Shown here: piece by piece, positions 11,821-24,759 of the stretch
Layout: every line of letters starts with the position of its first letter
How positions within the stretch are numbered: the stretch's first letter is position 1
Assembly: GCA_003427395.1 (NCBI GenBank)
Contig: BFEA01000011.1
Coordinates: 1,947,229-2,011,228, forward strand
Source: Chara braunii
Taxonomy: Eukaryota; Plantae; Charophyceae
Reading direction: 5' to 3'
DNA: 64,000 bases
Made by a program: the position numbers and the translations under genes
Notes under the pieces: generated by a model
Seen by the model: the letters and a program-made list of their open reading frames with translations, nothing else
What the model was told of the DNA's origin: nothing
The model's database searches: none

Positions 11821-12890
11821 ATTTCATGCATTTGAGTGAGTTTCATTCACTCTTCTCTCCCTTTCTCTCCATTTCTTCACTTCGAACCAAATCGCACCTT
11901 TTGTTTGTGTTTTCTCTAGTATTTGGATGATGTTTCTTTCTTGTTTTTTCCTTTTCTTCACTCCCATGTGAAGTGTCAGTTCCCCCTTTTTAGATTTCAT
12001 GCATTTGGGTGAGTTTCACTCACTTTTCTCTCCCTTTCTCTCCATTTCTTCACTTGAAAGCAAATCGCAACTCTTGTTGGTGTTTTCTCTAGTGTTTGAA
12101 TGATGTTTCTCTCTTGTTTTGTCCTTTTCCTCACTCCCATGTGAAGCGTCACTTCCCCCTTGTGATTTCATGCATTTGGGTGAGTTTCACTCACTCTTCT
12201 CTCCTTTTCTCTCCACTTCTTCACTTGGAAGCAAATCGCAACTCTTGTTTGTGTTTTCTCTAGTGTTTGGATGATGTTTCTCTCTTGTTTTGTCCTTTTC
12301 CTCACTCCTATATGAAGCGTCACTTCCCCCCTTGTGATTTCATGCATTTGGGTGAGTTTCACTCACAAGCGTGATTATCGGGTAATTGAAAATTCAGGAA
12401 TGAAAATTTTGAAGTGAGAGTTTTCGGCAGTCTGAAAATCACGAATGGTCCTGAAGTGGTGAAAGGTCAGAAGACCCTAAAAACCACCTGTTTAGGCAGG
12501 CTGCATCCCAAAGTGGTGAAGGGTGTCCTTAAGTGGTAAAGTGAGAGTTTTGGGCAGTTTGAAAATCTTGAATGGTCCTGAAGTGGTGAAAGGTCTAAAG
12601 ACTATGAAAACCACCCTTTACCATTTGAGGACGTAGCCTGCCTAAACAGGTGGTTTTCAGGGTCTTCGGAGTTTTCACCAATTCAGGACCATTCAGGATT
12701 TTCAGACCTGAATGGTCCTGAAGTGGTGAAAGGTCCGACGACCCTGAAAACCACCTGTTTAGGCAGACTGCATCCTGAAGTGGTGAAGGGCGTCCCGATG
12801 TGCTGATGAAAAATACAACTGTTGTTAACCTTCTCTCGTTTCACTCACTTTTTTCTCCCTTTCTCTCCACTTCTTCACTTGGAAGCAAAC
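11821..12890. repeat. ~172-bp tandem repeat, ~3.5 copies, interrupted by a MITE
   Basis: ATTTCATGCATTTG recurs at 11821, 11994, 12165 and 12337. Confidence 0.9.
12364..12837 (+). mobile_element. Non-autonomous DNA transposon (MITE-like), copy 1, 8-bp TSD
   Basis: Ends CACAAGCG...TGTTAACCTTCTCTC; TSD GTTTCACT (12356-12363 and 12838-12845). Confidence 0.9.
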
Positions 12891-15083
12891 GAGTTTCAAG
12901 CATGTGTTTGAACAAGTCTCATTCACATGCATGACTCAACTCTCACATAATGATGTTCTGTTGCATTCTTGGTTGCATTCATGAGCTCCAATCGTGTGTT
13001 TGAGCTAGTCTCACCCACATGCATGACTTATCTCTCACATGATGATATTCCATTGTACTCTTGGTTGTCTTCATGAGCTTCAAACATGTGTTTGCGCAAG
13101 TCTCACTCACATGCATGACTCATCTCTCACATGGTGGGGTTCCATTGCATTATTGATTACCTTCATGAGCTTCAAGCATATGTTTGAGCAAGTTTCACTC
13201 ATATGCATGACCCATCTCGCACATGATGATGTTCCATTGCATTCTTGATTACTTTCATGAGCTTCAAGCATGTGCTTGAGCAAGTCTCACTTACATGCAT
13301 GACCCATCTCTCACATGATAATACTTCGATTCACACTTGGTTGTTCTACTGCTCGCGTACATGTGTTCTCACTACTCACTCCCTCATTTTGTCAAGTTCA
13401 TGCATTTGGTAGTGTTCCGGTTCACACTTGGCTGTTCTACTACTCATGTGCATGTGTTTTCGCTAGTTCCACCCTCATTTTGTCGAGTTCGTGCATTTGG
13501 TAGTGTTTCGATTCACACTTGACTGTTCTACTACTCATGTGCATGCGCTCTCGCTAGTTCCACCCTCACCTTGTCAAATCCATGCATTTGGTAGTGTTCC
13601 GATTCATACTTGGTTGTTCCATTACTCATGTGCATGTGTTCTCATTAGTTATTCCCAATTTGTAAAGCTTGTGCATTTGGTAATGTTGACTGTTCTACTA
13701 CTAATGTCCATGTGTTCTCGCTACTTCCACCCTCACCTTGTTAAGTTGCATTTGGCAGTGTTCCGATTCATACTTGGTTGTTCCATTACTCATGTGCATA
13801 TGTTCTCATTAGTTACTCCCAATTTATCAAGCTCGTGCATTTGGTAATGTTCCGATTCACACTTGACTGTTCTACTACTCATGTGCATGTGTTCTCGCTA
13901 GTTCTACCCTCACCTTATCAAGTTCATGCATTTGGTAGTGTTCCGATTCATACTTGGTTGTTCCATTACTCATGTGCATGTGTTCTCATTAGTTACTCCC
14001 AATTTATCAAGTTCATGCATTTGGTAGTGTTCCGATTCACATTTGGTTGTTCTACTACTCATGTGCATGTGTTCTCGCTAGTTTCACCCTCTCTTTGTCA
14101 ACTTCATGCATTTGGTAATGTTCCGATTCTCACTTGGCTGTTCTCCTACTCATGTGCATGAGTTCTCGCTAGTTCCACCCCCACTTTGTCAAGTTTATGC
14201 ATTTGCTAATATTTCGTTTCTCACTTGGTTGTTGGACTACTCATGTGCATGAGTTCTCGCTAGGTCCATCCTCACTTTGTCAAGTTCATGCATTTAGTAA
14301 TCTTTCATTTATGACTTGGCAGTTCTACTGCTCATGTGTATGTGCTCTCGCTAGTCCCACCCTCACTTTGTCAAGTTGGTGCCTTTGGTAATGTTCCAAT
14401 TCACACTTGGCTGCTCTACTACTCATGTGCATGTGTTCTCACAAGTCACACCCTCACTTTGTCAAGATCATATGTCTGGTAACGTTCCGATTCACACTCG
14501 GTTGTTGCACTACTCACATACACATGTTCTCACTAGTCATACCCTCACTTTATCAAGTTCGTGCCTTTGGTAATGTTCCGATTCACACTTGGTTGTTCCA
14601 CTACTCATGCGCATGTGTTCTCGCTAGTCCCACCCTCACTTTGTCAAGTTCATGTATTTGGTAATGTTCCAATTCACACTTGGCTGTTCCACTACTCACA
14701 TGCACATGTTCTCACTAGTCACATCCTCACTTTGTCAAGTTTGTGCCTTTGGTAACGTTCCGATTCACACCTGACTGTTCTACTACTCATGTGCATGTGT
14801 TATCGCTAGTCTCACCCTCACTTTGTCAAGTTCATTCATTTGGTAATGTTCCGATTCACACTTGGCTATTCCATTACTCACATGCATGTGTTCTCGCTAG
14901 TCACACCCTCACGTTATCAAGTTCGTGCCTTTGTTAATGTTCCGATTCACACTTGGTTGTTCCTCTACTCACATGCAAATGTTCTCACTAGTCACATCCT
15001 CACTTTGGCAAGTTCGTGCCTTTGGTAATGTTTCGATTCACACTTGGTTGTTCCACTACTCATGTGCATGGGTTCTCACTAGT
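12891..15083. repeat. Satellite: ~5 copies of a 92-bp variant followed by ~19 copies of a 91-bp variant
   Basis: GAGCTTCAAG-like starts at 12891, 12983, 13075, 13167 and 13259. GGTAATGTTCCGATTCACACTTGG at 14569, 14660, 14751, 14842 and onward. Confidence 0.92.
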
Positions 15084-15265
15084 CTTGTTCTTGTTTCGCC
15101 CATCTCCCATTACTTGGTGCTAGATCGGTCCAACCGACTTGACATACATATGGTTGGTAGGACCTCCGTATTATAATCAAACACAACAAGTAGGGGTAGG
15201 TGGAATGACTATTTCCTTGCCAAGACTGTTGATTGTTGCTGTTGATGAGCACGACAATGTTTATA

Positions 15266-15658
15266 GCTGCTACTACTGTGGGATGTGTGACCGACGCTTG
15301 GTTGCTACTGCTGTGGGATGGGTGACCGACGCTTGGCTGCTACTACTGTGAGATGGGTGACCAACGATTGGCTGCAACTGCTGTGAGATCGGTGACCGAT
15401 GCTTGGCTGCTACTGCTGTGGGATGGGTGACCGACGCTTGGCTGCTACTGTTGTGGGATGGGTGACCGGCGCTTGGCTGTTATTGCTGTGGGATGGGTGA
15501 CCGACGCTTGGCTGCTACTGCTGTGGGATGGGTGACCGACGCTTGGCTGCTACTGCTGTGGGATGAGTGACCGGCGCATGGCTGCTACTGCTGTGGGATG
15601 GGTGACCGGCGCTTAGCTGCTACTGCTGTGGGATGAGTGACCAACGCTTGGCTGCTAC
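15266..15658. repeat. 35-bp minisatellite (GGGATGGGTGACCGACGCTTGGCTGCTACTGCTGT), ~11 copies
   Basis: Direct; units at 15420, 15455, 15490 and 15525. Confidence 0.95.
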
Positions 15659-15691
15659 GGCTGAAGGAGGAATTGATTAGGAGTAGGAACT

Positions 15692-15770
15692 CCTCTCTCT
15701 CTCTCTCTTTCTCTTCCTCTCTCTCTCTCTCTCTCTTTCTCTTTCCCCTCTCTCACCTTCTCCCCCTCTT

Positions 15771-15837
<67 letters not shown>

Positions 15838-15838
15838 N

Positions 15839-15898
<60 letters not shown>

Positions 15899-15935
15899 TC
15901 TTTCTCCCTCTCTCCCTTTCTTTCTTTCTTTCTTT
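15692..15935. repeat. (CT)n microsatellite
   Basis: Direct (one N at 15838). Confidence 0.95.
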
Positions 15936-17081
15936 CCCTATTCTTTTTTTTCTCACTCTTTGTCCTACCCTCTCCCCTTTCACCACTTGGCATATAACTA
16001 ACCCTTCCCACTCAGTTGTTACATTGCCAGGGAAACGAACGGTGAAAAGAATTTGTCCCCACTTGGCGGAGAAAGTAGGCAAGGGGAGGACTGTCGGTCC
16101 CTTGCACCGCCAAGAAGAAAGGGAAGAGACGTTTGAGGAATTGAAAGGAGTCAAGTCCGAAAAAGGGCTAGAGGAAGTTGGTGCTTAAAGCAAGGTCAGT
16201 TGACTCAACTATTTCCTCGACTGCATGACTATAAGAAGATGATGGATTGATTGAGCAGAGGAAGAAGAATGAAGAAAGGTCAAAGAAGAGGAAAGTTAGG
16301 CATGCGGGAATGACTATATGTAGACCCTAATGGGAGATTGTATCGGTTTTTGCCTGTGTTGGATTGTGCAGGTGAGTAAGCCTTGGGGATGCCTTCAGCG
16401 TGACCGGGCCGGGGAAGCCGGGCGGCAAAGGAAAAGGGGAGGGGGCAAAGGGGCTACGGGCCCTTAGTGTAAAATCGACCCATGAAAGAGACCTTTATGC
16501 ATGAGATTTGGAGTGTGAATGAAAGAAAGAAGTGAGACTTTTGCTGATCAGAATGTGAAGTAGCCTGTGCATGCGTATGAAGGCCCCGAAAGGACTAAGG
16601 GGCTTGCTCCAATGACGATGGATGGAATGTGAGAGACACGAATGGTATGTAGAGGCGAGGGGGAAGGCGGCATTTCCGCACCCCAAAGATGCCATAGGAC
16701 CGTTGTGCTTAGGGAAATGGTGCGCAGCCTAAGGATGACGCTTAGCCTACGCACAAAAAAAAAGAAACTCTCAAAGAACCCTTGGACTGTCTGCATATTG
16801 GAAGAAACATTTGCTTCAGAACACAACCAAGAATCAGAAAGTCAGCGCTTGCAGAATGACCAGTGAGACTACCATCCGACGGGAGGGCTGAGCTACATCC
16901 CCAATGTCAAAGCTCTCTCGCTCGACGGCCCACCCCCATCCATCTCAAAGCACTAGGTGGGGGTGACCCTGAGACGAACGGCCCGCGCCCTGAGCATGAG
17001 CGTGGGCGGGCCGAGCCAACTGGGACCCGTAGTGGGGTCGACCAAGGCTCGAAAGTCTACTGGGGTTTGGCCCTATAAAAA

Positions 17082-17094
17082 TGGTGGAGGTGAC
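17082..17094 (+). promoter_or_regulatory. Putative primer-binding site complementary to the tRNA-Ala 3' end
   Basis: TGGTGGAGGTGAC lies 4 nt after the inferred LTR end. tRNA-Ala ends ...CTCCACCA, giving a PBS of TGGTGGAG... Confidence 0.55.
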
Positions 17095-18818
17095 AGGCAA
17101 GGGGTTAAACTGATCCTTGCGATCCCGAGGGGGGCGCCCTACTCAAGATCGTGTACACAACTAAAGAGAAGGAAATTAGACTTATGCTTGCTCTTTTCCT
17201 GAAAGAATCAGACTTGAGGGTGGCTGGGCGCCTGGCATGGCCAGGCCTAGAGGTATAACATGCATGTTGCACATTTGATTAGCTTGCTCCTTTGTGGAGT
17301 AGCTCTGGCCCCCCTTCCTCCGGTGCGGGTGTTCGCCAGTCTGGGGAAACTTCGGGAAAGTCGCAGGTCGACCCTTCCTCTTCGTGTGAAAGAAGGGCTC
17401 CGATTACCTGGCAAGCGATTGGTACTTCGGCTTCAACCAGGGTCCAATGAAAATTCCACGGCGGAGTGATCCGTTCGGCTGGGTGCTTTTCTCACTTCTT
17501 CTTCTGAGCCCAGCGAGCTCATGCACTATACACTTGAAATACTTGAAAGAACCAACATGAACACAAGGGTCATTGAGAAGGAACAATCTCACCCTATGAA
17601 AGGACAGACGAAGGAAGACAAAGGGAATGAAGGGAGTTGCTAGACTCCAAAGAAAACTAGCTCACCTTTGAAGATGCTCACGAGAAGGAACCAGCCACTG
17701 TGTATGGACAATAGGGGGAGTGACACACATTGCCCTGAGATAAAACTGTGAGATTTGGGTAGGTTGCGCGGGATGCATTTTTGGGAAAGACACGTATTCT
17801 ATGTGTGTCCCACTTGGGACTTGTGATTTGCATGAGGGGAATTGAGTGTCCCGCCTTTCGGAAGGAAATGATGAGTTTGCACCAGTTGGTGCGGGATTGT
17901 GAAACGTCGTTTCTATCGTAGTGCCGCCGGGTCTCATATGAAGAGGTCGGACCACCGAGCTGTCGGACAGGAGTTAGTCTCGCCGGTTGATTAGTAGCAC
18001 TCTCTCCTGGCAGACCGAGCATGACTCGACACATTGCCCAGGAGGGATGTGAACGTCTCCTCAAGCGGGGTTTTAGCTTGTCGGCTGCCGGAGGGGGACC
18101 ATTGCGTGTGAGGCAAAGAGGGGGCCTCAAAGACGATTAGTAGCTTCTTGTAGTACGGTTTAGGAAAGGCTGATTCTTATCGGACCGATGGAAGTGAATG
18201 CCCGGAGGACTGACTTTTGCTCCTAGCGGGTTGCGCGGGGTGATTCCCGACACCAACGGGGTTGGCAAGGGCGACAAAACGGGATGAGGTATTTTGAGCG
18301 AATAAAGAGGGGTAACACCTTGTGCTGGAGCCTGGGTACCGCGCTCGCGATGGTTGAGTTGCATTTGACGTATGAGATAAAACTCTACCGAAAGTACCAG
18401 CAGAGAGACCACATTGGGAAAAGACCGGTGATGAGATGACCGTGGCTTGTATGTAAGATTGCCTGAGTTTTCGTATTTTGCATCCCCCTCTATAAAGATG
18501 ATTGCGATCTGAGTTGTTGGGCAGACTATGATTCTAGTCTATTCTCACCCCCTGCCTAAGACCGCACGACTGAGTGAAGATCATGAGACAAAGAGATAAA
18601 GGTCAGTTTGAAAGGAACCAAAAAAATAAGCTTGGGTGAAAAGGGCCGACTTGGGGAGGGTATCAGAAGGGAGTTAAGATTTGAGAATTGGGGAGGTAAA
18701 CTAGGCTAGACCTTGACGAGGGGTCTGAAATATTCTCATCCAGGATTTAGGTTGATCGGACCCGAGAACGGGGGGCGATGTTTGGCTGTAAAAAACAGAG
18801 TCGAGTGTTGGAACCAAG

Positions 18819-19271
18819 ATGGCGCGGTGGCTGTCACCCCCAAGCTATTCCAGCGGACCGGAAATACCAATAGATGTTAAGGACGGGGTGTCCGTCGTTT
18901 TGCTAGAAGAAGGAACCTGGACGGATTTAGATCCGGTGTATCAAACCATGATGTTGGGCGACGGGGACGCCTTCCTTTGGATAGAAACGTTGTGGACTAA
19001 GGTCAGCCTAACCGGGCTAACGCCAAGCTTGACAGATTTGGAATTTCGGGGGACTGTGGAAGCCGGGGGCTGGATCTACTTGTCCAAGGAAGGGGAAAAT
19101 GCAATGGTGATAGACTTGGTGCTAGGGATAATCTCGTGCCAATTATTTAGGCGGGCAGAGCGGGAAGTAGTGTGGGTTGCGTGTCAGCGAGCGGAAATGG
19201 AATTGGAAAAGATAGATGTGGTGTTTGTTCCGAGTTCCGTCCATTGGAAGGGAAATGGGCAAAGGAACTGA
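18819..19271 (+). CDS. Extra ORF-A upstream of gag (150 aa, unknown function; paralog 1 of 3)
   Basis: Open ATG-initiated frame with motif LGDGDAFLWIETLW...GTVEAGGWIYLSKEG. Confidence 0.55.
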   Translation: MARWLSPPSYSSGPEIPIDVKDGVSVVLLEEGTWTDLDPVYQTMMLGDGDAFLWIETLWTKVSLTGLTPSLTDLEFRGTVEAGGWIYLSKEGENAMVIDLVLGIISCQLFRRAEREVVWVACQRAEMELEKIDVVFVPSSVHWKGNGQRN

Positions 19272-19519
19272 CTGATATACTAAACTCCCTCAGCACGGAC
19301 GAGATGTTGTTCCGAGTTCCGTCCATTGGAAGATAATTTATAGGAATATGGCGATAAAAGAAATGTTTGTGGACGGATTGAAAGATCTATGGTACGAGGA
19401 GGAGGACGATCTTACTGATGAAGACGACGATGAAGACGACGATGAAGACTGAGACTTTTGAGGAAAGGGTTCGCAGCGCAGAAATGAAAAGGGTGGTCGG
19501 TGTTGTGCAGGGTGCCAAC

Positions 19520-20266
19520 ATGACTATGGAACAACGCTTAAACAACCGGATATCTAGGGGATGAGAGCCAAGACAGTCCGAGGGAGGAGTAGAGATGACC
19601 CTACCAACAAGAAACAAATGGAGAGGAGCGACTTGTGACTGGGTAAGGGAAGCAATCGCGCCAAAACTATCTTTCCTATGGATAGAAAGAGTACGGAACC
19701 CGTTGAGGGAGGAAGACGGATGGGACGATATAGCTGAGGGAAATGTAGAAGCCCTCGGGACAGTCTACTTATCAAGAAGGGGGTGACATCTTTTCTGCGT
19801 AACGTTGGCGTCTGGGCAAAACCCAATATGGATCTTAGGAGGGACCGAGCGACGAACTCATAATATGGGCTACGAATTCGCCAACAAAGGGTGGGATGAG
19901 GTCAGCAGTAGCGATGCAATAGAAGGATGAGAGGAATTGAGGTTGCCGTACCAGATAGTTCAGGCCTGGGTGCCACGCTTTGTAGCAGACTGGTTTGGAG
20001 GATACGAACACATCCTCGCAGTGACAAAAACTTTAGACGAAGTAAACCTGGACTTTTCATGGTTAGTCGACGCTTACAACAAGATCTTGTTGGAGATGGG
20101 ACCGTTCCACGGAGATAGGACAGAAGAGGCCGTCGACATCCTGAAAGTTTTTAAGGAAGACCGACTCGAGATGGACGACGGGGCTAAGGATGCGATACTT
20201 CGCCGGGAGGTGGTAGCGACCCCCTCATATGTAGGGGATGTGTTCCTATTGTTCGAAGCACTTTGA
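19520..20266 (+). pseudogene. Extra ORF-B upstream of gag (paralog 2; stops and frameshift)
   Basis: Motif SFLWIERV...GNVEALGTVYLSRRG (19595-19786), continuing in ORF 19937-20266. Confidence 0.55.
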
Positions 20267-20323
20267 ATATAGGCGAAAGATTAACACATAGGCAGGGGTA
20301 AGAAGGCAGGAGGATAGCTAGGA

Positions 20324-21086
20324 ATGTCCAGGAAAGCGGATTACTTAAGAGGAATTCACTTTCTGTCTGAACCGTGCCGGACCGACAATGGCGATGAGCT
20401 TCACTCGAACGTCGCGATGACCCACGCACCCTCTACCGCCTATGGAAAGCAGTAACGGATGAGAGGTGTCACTCCCAGTGAGTTACGAGGTCCGAGGAAT
20501 TGACACGGAATGGAGAGTTGTGACCTTGGGGAGGGGCCAAGCGTTCATGATGGTGGAATGCCTATGGAGCGGCATGAGGTTCAATAGGGGGCCAAGAAAC
20601 GACTTATACACTGACCTGAGGGTGACCGGGACCGTGTACCTACCTGAGATTGGATGACACATGCAAGGAACCGAGATGGCACTAGGGTATGGGCTGCTGC
20701 CAATCTTCCGGAGGGCAGCCAGGGCATTAAACCGGATAGGCCTGGAAGTTCGAGGGAAAAGAAATATGGGGCTAAGGACCCGGGTGGAAGTAGGAGGATG
20801 GCGAGAGTTTAGAGCTCCAATGGCAGGGTTGCAGTGCCGAGTGCCCCGCTTCATGATAGATTTGGTATTTAGCAGGCTCTCGAGGGCAAGGGAACTGGTG
20901 AACTCGACCCTAACATGGATTCACCATTTCCAGCCACATACGACAAAATTGTTTTACGATGTGTCGGTAAGACACAGACCGTTTTGGGGAAATCGGGCCC
21001 GTGAAATACTAGAACTCATCGAGATCCTGATATTTGTGGCACCACTCTTGACTTTTAAAGAATATGAGCTGATAATTATCCAATAA
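20324..21086 (+). pseudogene. Extra ORF-C upstream of gag (paralog 3; stops and frameshift)
   Basis: Motif LGRGQAFMMVECLW...DLRVTGTVYLPEIG*, continuing in frame into 20661-21086. Confidence 0.55.
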
Positions 21087-21648
21087 ATAGGAATGGGGGG
21101 AAACTACCTTACGGGGGTGCTAGCCTATTCGAAGAACCTGACGAATAAGACGGGCTTGAGGAACTGGTGTGAGAAAAATGTCGGGGAAGGTGGCAAAGGT
21201 GAACTCTAGCTATGAGGTGATATAGACAAAAGCAAGAATAACGATCTGCGGGGGGGGGAAGTGGCTGGAGTCCTACGCCATCTAAGGGTGTGCAACTAAG
21301 GGACTAGGATGACCACTACTACCAAGGACGTCAGGGGTATCCATAGGCTGGGAAGGCAAAAGGTCATCTTCGAAAGGAGGACCCCACCTGACACGGACAG
21401 GCCGCCTTAGAACCGAGGCACGGTGGTGACAAAACACCGAAACTCGGCAACAGGCTCTCCGACAGGAAAGGCAAGCGGTGCCCCGCAAAATGAAGACGGA
21501 CATACCTGCTACCCCCACTATAAAACAAAAAATATTGAAATGACAAAGGTGGGAGACTGTAGCAAACCTTAGGGTCTGGAAATTTGGAAAGTTGTGAACA
21601 ACTGACCATTTCGAAAAAAAAAATTCCTATGTGCAGGACTAGAAAAGG

Positions 21649-23435
21649 ATGGCGACAGAAGACGAAGCAAGGGGAGTCAGAGCACAGAGAAGGATATAGA
21701 GCAGAACGAGGGGTCTGTGAGGGACCGAGAATCAGCAAATCCAGAAGGTACTAAGGAAGGAAGGAAGGAAGTGACAACCGGGGAAAACTCGGGAAAAACT
21801 GGAGGGAGCAAACGAGGAACTCCTGAAACTAAGGGGGATAAGAATAAAGGCAGTCCGACGCCACGGGCATCTGAGGGCACGTCGTCAAAAAAGGTAAGGC
21901 TAACGGACACCCGTAAGAAGCTAGCCGAGATAGAAAGGTGAATGGCGGAGTATATGACAAAACTCCTAGAGGAGATGATGAACGAAGGCGAGGGGGACTT
22001 CGTCGGAGAAGGGCTGAATGAAGATCAAGGAACAAACCAGGGGCGGGGGAGCCAAGAAGAGACTATAAAGAGGAGAAAGGATAGGACTGGGGAGCGTAGG
22101 GAGACGTCAACCAAGAAAGGTAAAGAGAGAAACGGAGTTTCCAGGGGCGGAGGCAGAGAAGGCTACCAACCCGTCGGCCATAGACAACGGGGCAAGCCGA
22201 CCAGCGGTTTCACCCATAATCGCAAGAGGATGCGAAGGGCTTTGGAGCTTGAGAGAAAGGGTGCTAGGCTGGTTCGACCCGGAAGGGAAGACAAAGCCTG
22301 GAGAAAGGACCAGAACCGGTAAGGAAGAACAAGGCTCTGGTAGCCCCGATGGAATCGGAGGTACCGAGGGAGGGCTTAAGAAAATGGTGTCTTCCTTCAC
22401 ACGGGCACTAAATAAAAATCAGGGATACTTGGCCGACGCTAAAAAGAAGCTGACATTCGACGGGGCTAATATCACAAAATTCTTGATAGATTACAAAAAT
22501 TTGGCAGCACTACTGAGGTGGAGCGAGGAAGAAAAGATGAAGCACTTAGGACAGCATGTGTCGTTGAACCTAAGGAGGGACATGATGGCCACTGTCACGA
22601 CCAACGGATCCTGGGAGGAAGTCCGGGATGTAATGATGCGGAAATATCTGGCGGCCGAGAAAATGGCTACGGAGACAGAGCTGACTGCGGTGCAAAGAAA
22701 GAACTTTGCAACATATAACGATTCCCTGAGGGAATTCACCCTCGTAGCGTTGCGGATCCCAGGGGTAACCGACCGTATAATGAGCAAGTACTTCCTTAGA
22801 CAGTTCATAGAGTTTAATAAAGACAAGATCCTATCGACATACCAACAAACCACGAAATTTCTGAACACAAGAGACATCGACTTTAGCACCATAACGGACA
22901 TCACATGGAAGATGGTCGTAACTGACTCATTGGCTCTGCTGAAGGAAGGAGAGGTTATAGACCTAACCGGTAAAACAAACGACAAGGTAAAGAGAGGGAT
23001 AAAAAGTTTGCATGAGCGTGTCCATGGGGTAGACGGAAAAATCGAAAGGGTAGAAAACGCATTAATGGTAATGCAAGCCCAAGTGACGCAAACCCAGACG
23101 GCTCGACCGCCCCTACCACCACAAGAAGTTGTGGCCCCGGCGGGAATAGCTAACCGAGGGTTCAATAGAAGAGACCCAACCAATGAGCAATACAAGTACT
23201 GCACGTTGGCCGGATATTTCGTGCAAGCGTGTCCAAGACTCAACCACGATATCATGCACAAGAGGTGCTCCAATACGTTACGTGGAGAGATCATAGACCC
23301 CCGAGGAGAGAAAGTGAATTGGAACTCCCCGGGAGGGATGCGCCGGGTCGTAATCGCACTTTATAACCTCGACGTCGCCACAGTAGAGGCCGAGCCCATG
23401 GCGGAGCTCGCCTGGGAACAGGCGCGAGAACGTGG
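21649..23435 (+). pseudogene. gag: Gypsy gag (5' part), interrupted by element E
   Basis: Capsid-like LTFDGANITKFL...WEEVRDVMMRKY...YNDSLREFTLVA. Degenerate knuckle YKYCTLAGYFVQACP (~23191-23235). The frame runs into the insertion at ...EQARERG. Confidence 0.8.
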
Positions 23436-24759
23436 TGTCGGAGGGCGCGGTGTCCCGACCCTCCTCTATGTACCAGGCTCCTGCTTAGTGCCCGCTCCTC
23501 GTTCAGACGCCCGCGGCTCGCCGGGTAGTTCCCGAGTCCCCGTGACTCTCCTGGGAAACTTGAGTAGTAATCTGTAATGGACCGGTCCAGTTGGTGCTTG
23601 CCCTCAGCAAAAGGGTGCGCCACTTGACTTTCCATTGGTCCACGCAGGCTCGGCGCCCTGCTATACAACAGAGCACTACCGGCCTGAGGCCGTGGTAGCC
23701 GTCGGGCTCGCTCAGGGATGCGGAAGTTAATAGGCCGGCGCAGTCTTTTGTACTGCGTGCCAAGTCCCCCTTTTGTCAGGTTATGGGATGCTTGGATAGG
23801 TGGCCGTTGTCAGAGAAAAGGGGGCTAAGCGAAGAAAACAAGAAAAAGTAAAAAGGAGTGAAAAGAAAGCAAGAGGCCTAATCTGCACGACCGAACTGTC
23901 AGCCTTAATTTGGGGAAATTTTATGGCCTCTAGTCCCTCTATCGTTACATTTTCGCTTTTTTCCTTATTATTACTATTATCAATGTTTAATTTTCCTTTT
24001 CATACGATTCGTCATACTCGGCTTTCATTTTGGCCTGTCGTCCCAAGGTGCCTGCGGGTCAACTTCGAAATGTGATCGTCGTTAGATGGATCATACTAGT
24101 TCAACTCTTCGTTGTTTCCATGCGCCAGGTCTGTTCGACTGGGCTTCGTGCGATAGGACCCCAAAAGAGGGGCGACCCGCGGCCGCATCAGTAGGAGGCT
24201 TATCACCCCCGTGGAAGGTCATAAGCCCCCTCCTTGCCATCGGACACGGGTACCCGATAGAAGCAGGCAAATAACGCGTTTTGAAGAGAGAGAGGCGACT
24301 ATCGGTATCCCGTTATGGGACCAATTTTTGGATTATGGTCACACTACGAAGATTAGCAACTGGCAAGTAGCGTAGTGAGTTCTGCCTGTGGTTCGACCGT
24401 TGAGTTTCGGTCTCTCGTCTTTTCTTTTATTATTTAGTTTTATTTTGATCTATTATTTTGGGGTGTTATAAATGGTAATGTGAGGAATTAAAAAAAAGAA
24501 TATCAACTCGAATTCTTTATTCAGAACGCGGAGGCATGGTGAGTGGTGGTCCTATATATGAAGAAGGATGGACAAGTTATTTAGCTATGGGCTTTTCAAA
24601 GAGGGTCGGACACGCTCCCCACTTTTCTGAGAGTCGGGACACTACTTGCGACAGGCTGCTCGGTGGCGTCCTGCCTGCAACTTGAGCCTCCAGTGGAAGT
24701 AGTGCGCTATTTTAGGCTAGCTGTCTGGTGCTCTCGTGCTATTTGGTGAAGTTTCGACT

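Larger units (their letters stand above)
7350..17077 (+). repeat. 5' LTR of element A (~9.7 kb including satellites and a MITE)
   Basis: The start is certain (matches the 3' LTR start). 7350-10289 aligns with 41439-44906, and 7790-11370 aligns with element C 59877-63295. The end is inferred from GGCCCTATA (degenerate ...CCCGACA) directly before a PBS-like sequence. Confidence 0.7.

Noticed and set aside
13039-15176. Series of similar 60-130-aa ORFs
   Set aside because: By-products of the 91/92-bp satellite; the period is not a multiple of 3.
17082-17110. tRNA gene
   Set aside because: Only ~8-13 nt of complementarity to a tRNA 3' end (a PBS); no cloverleaf.
22491-23294. 267-aa antisense ORF (also 31674-32333 and 36410-37321)
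   Set aside because: Shadow frames opposite gag, protease and the 3' ORF; no independent motifs.
23436-23577. C-terminal tail of the 442-aa gag ORF
   Set aside because: Read-through into inserted element E, not gag.
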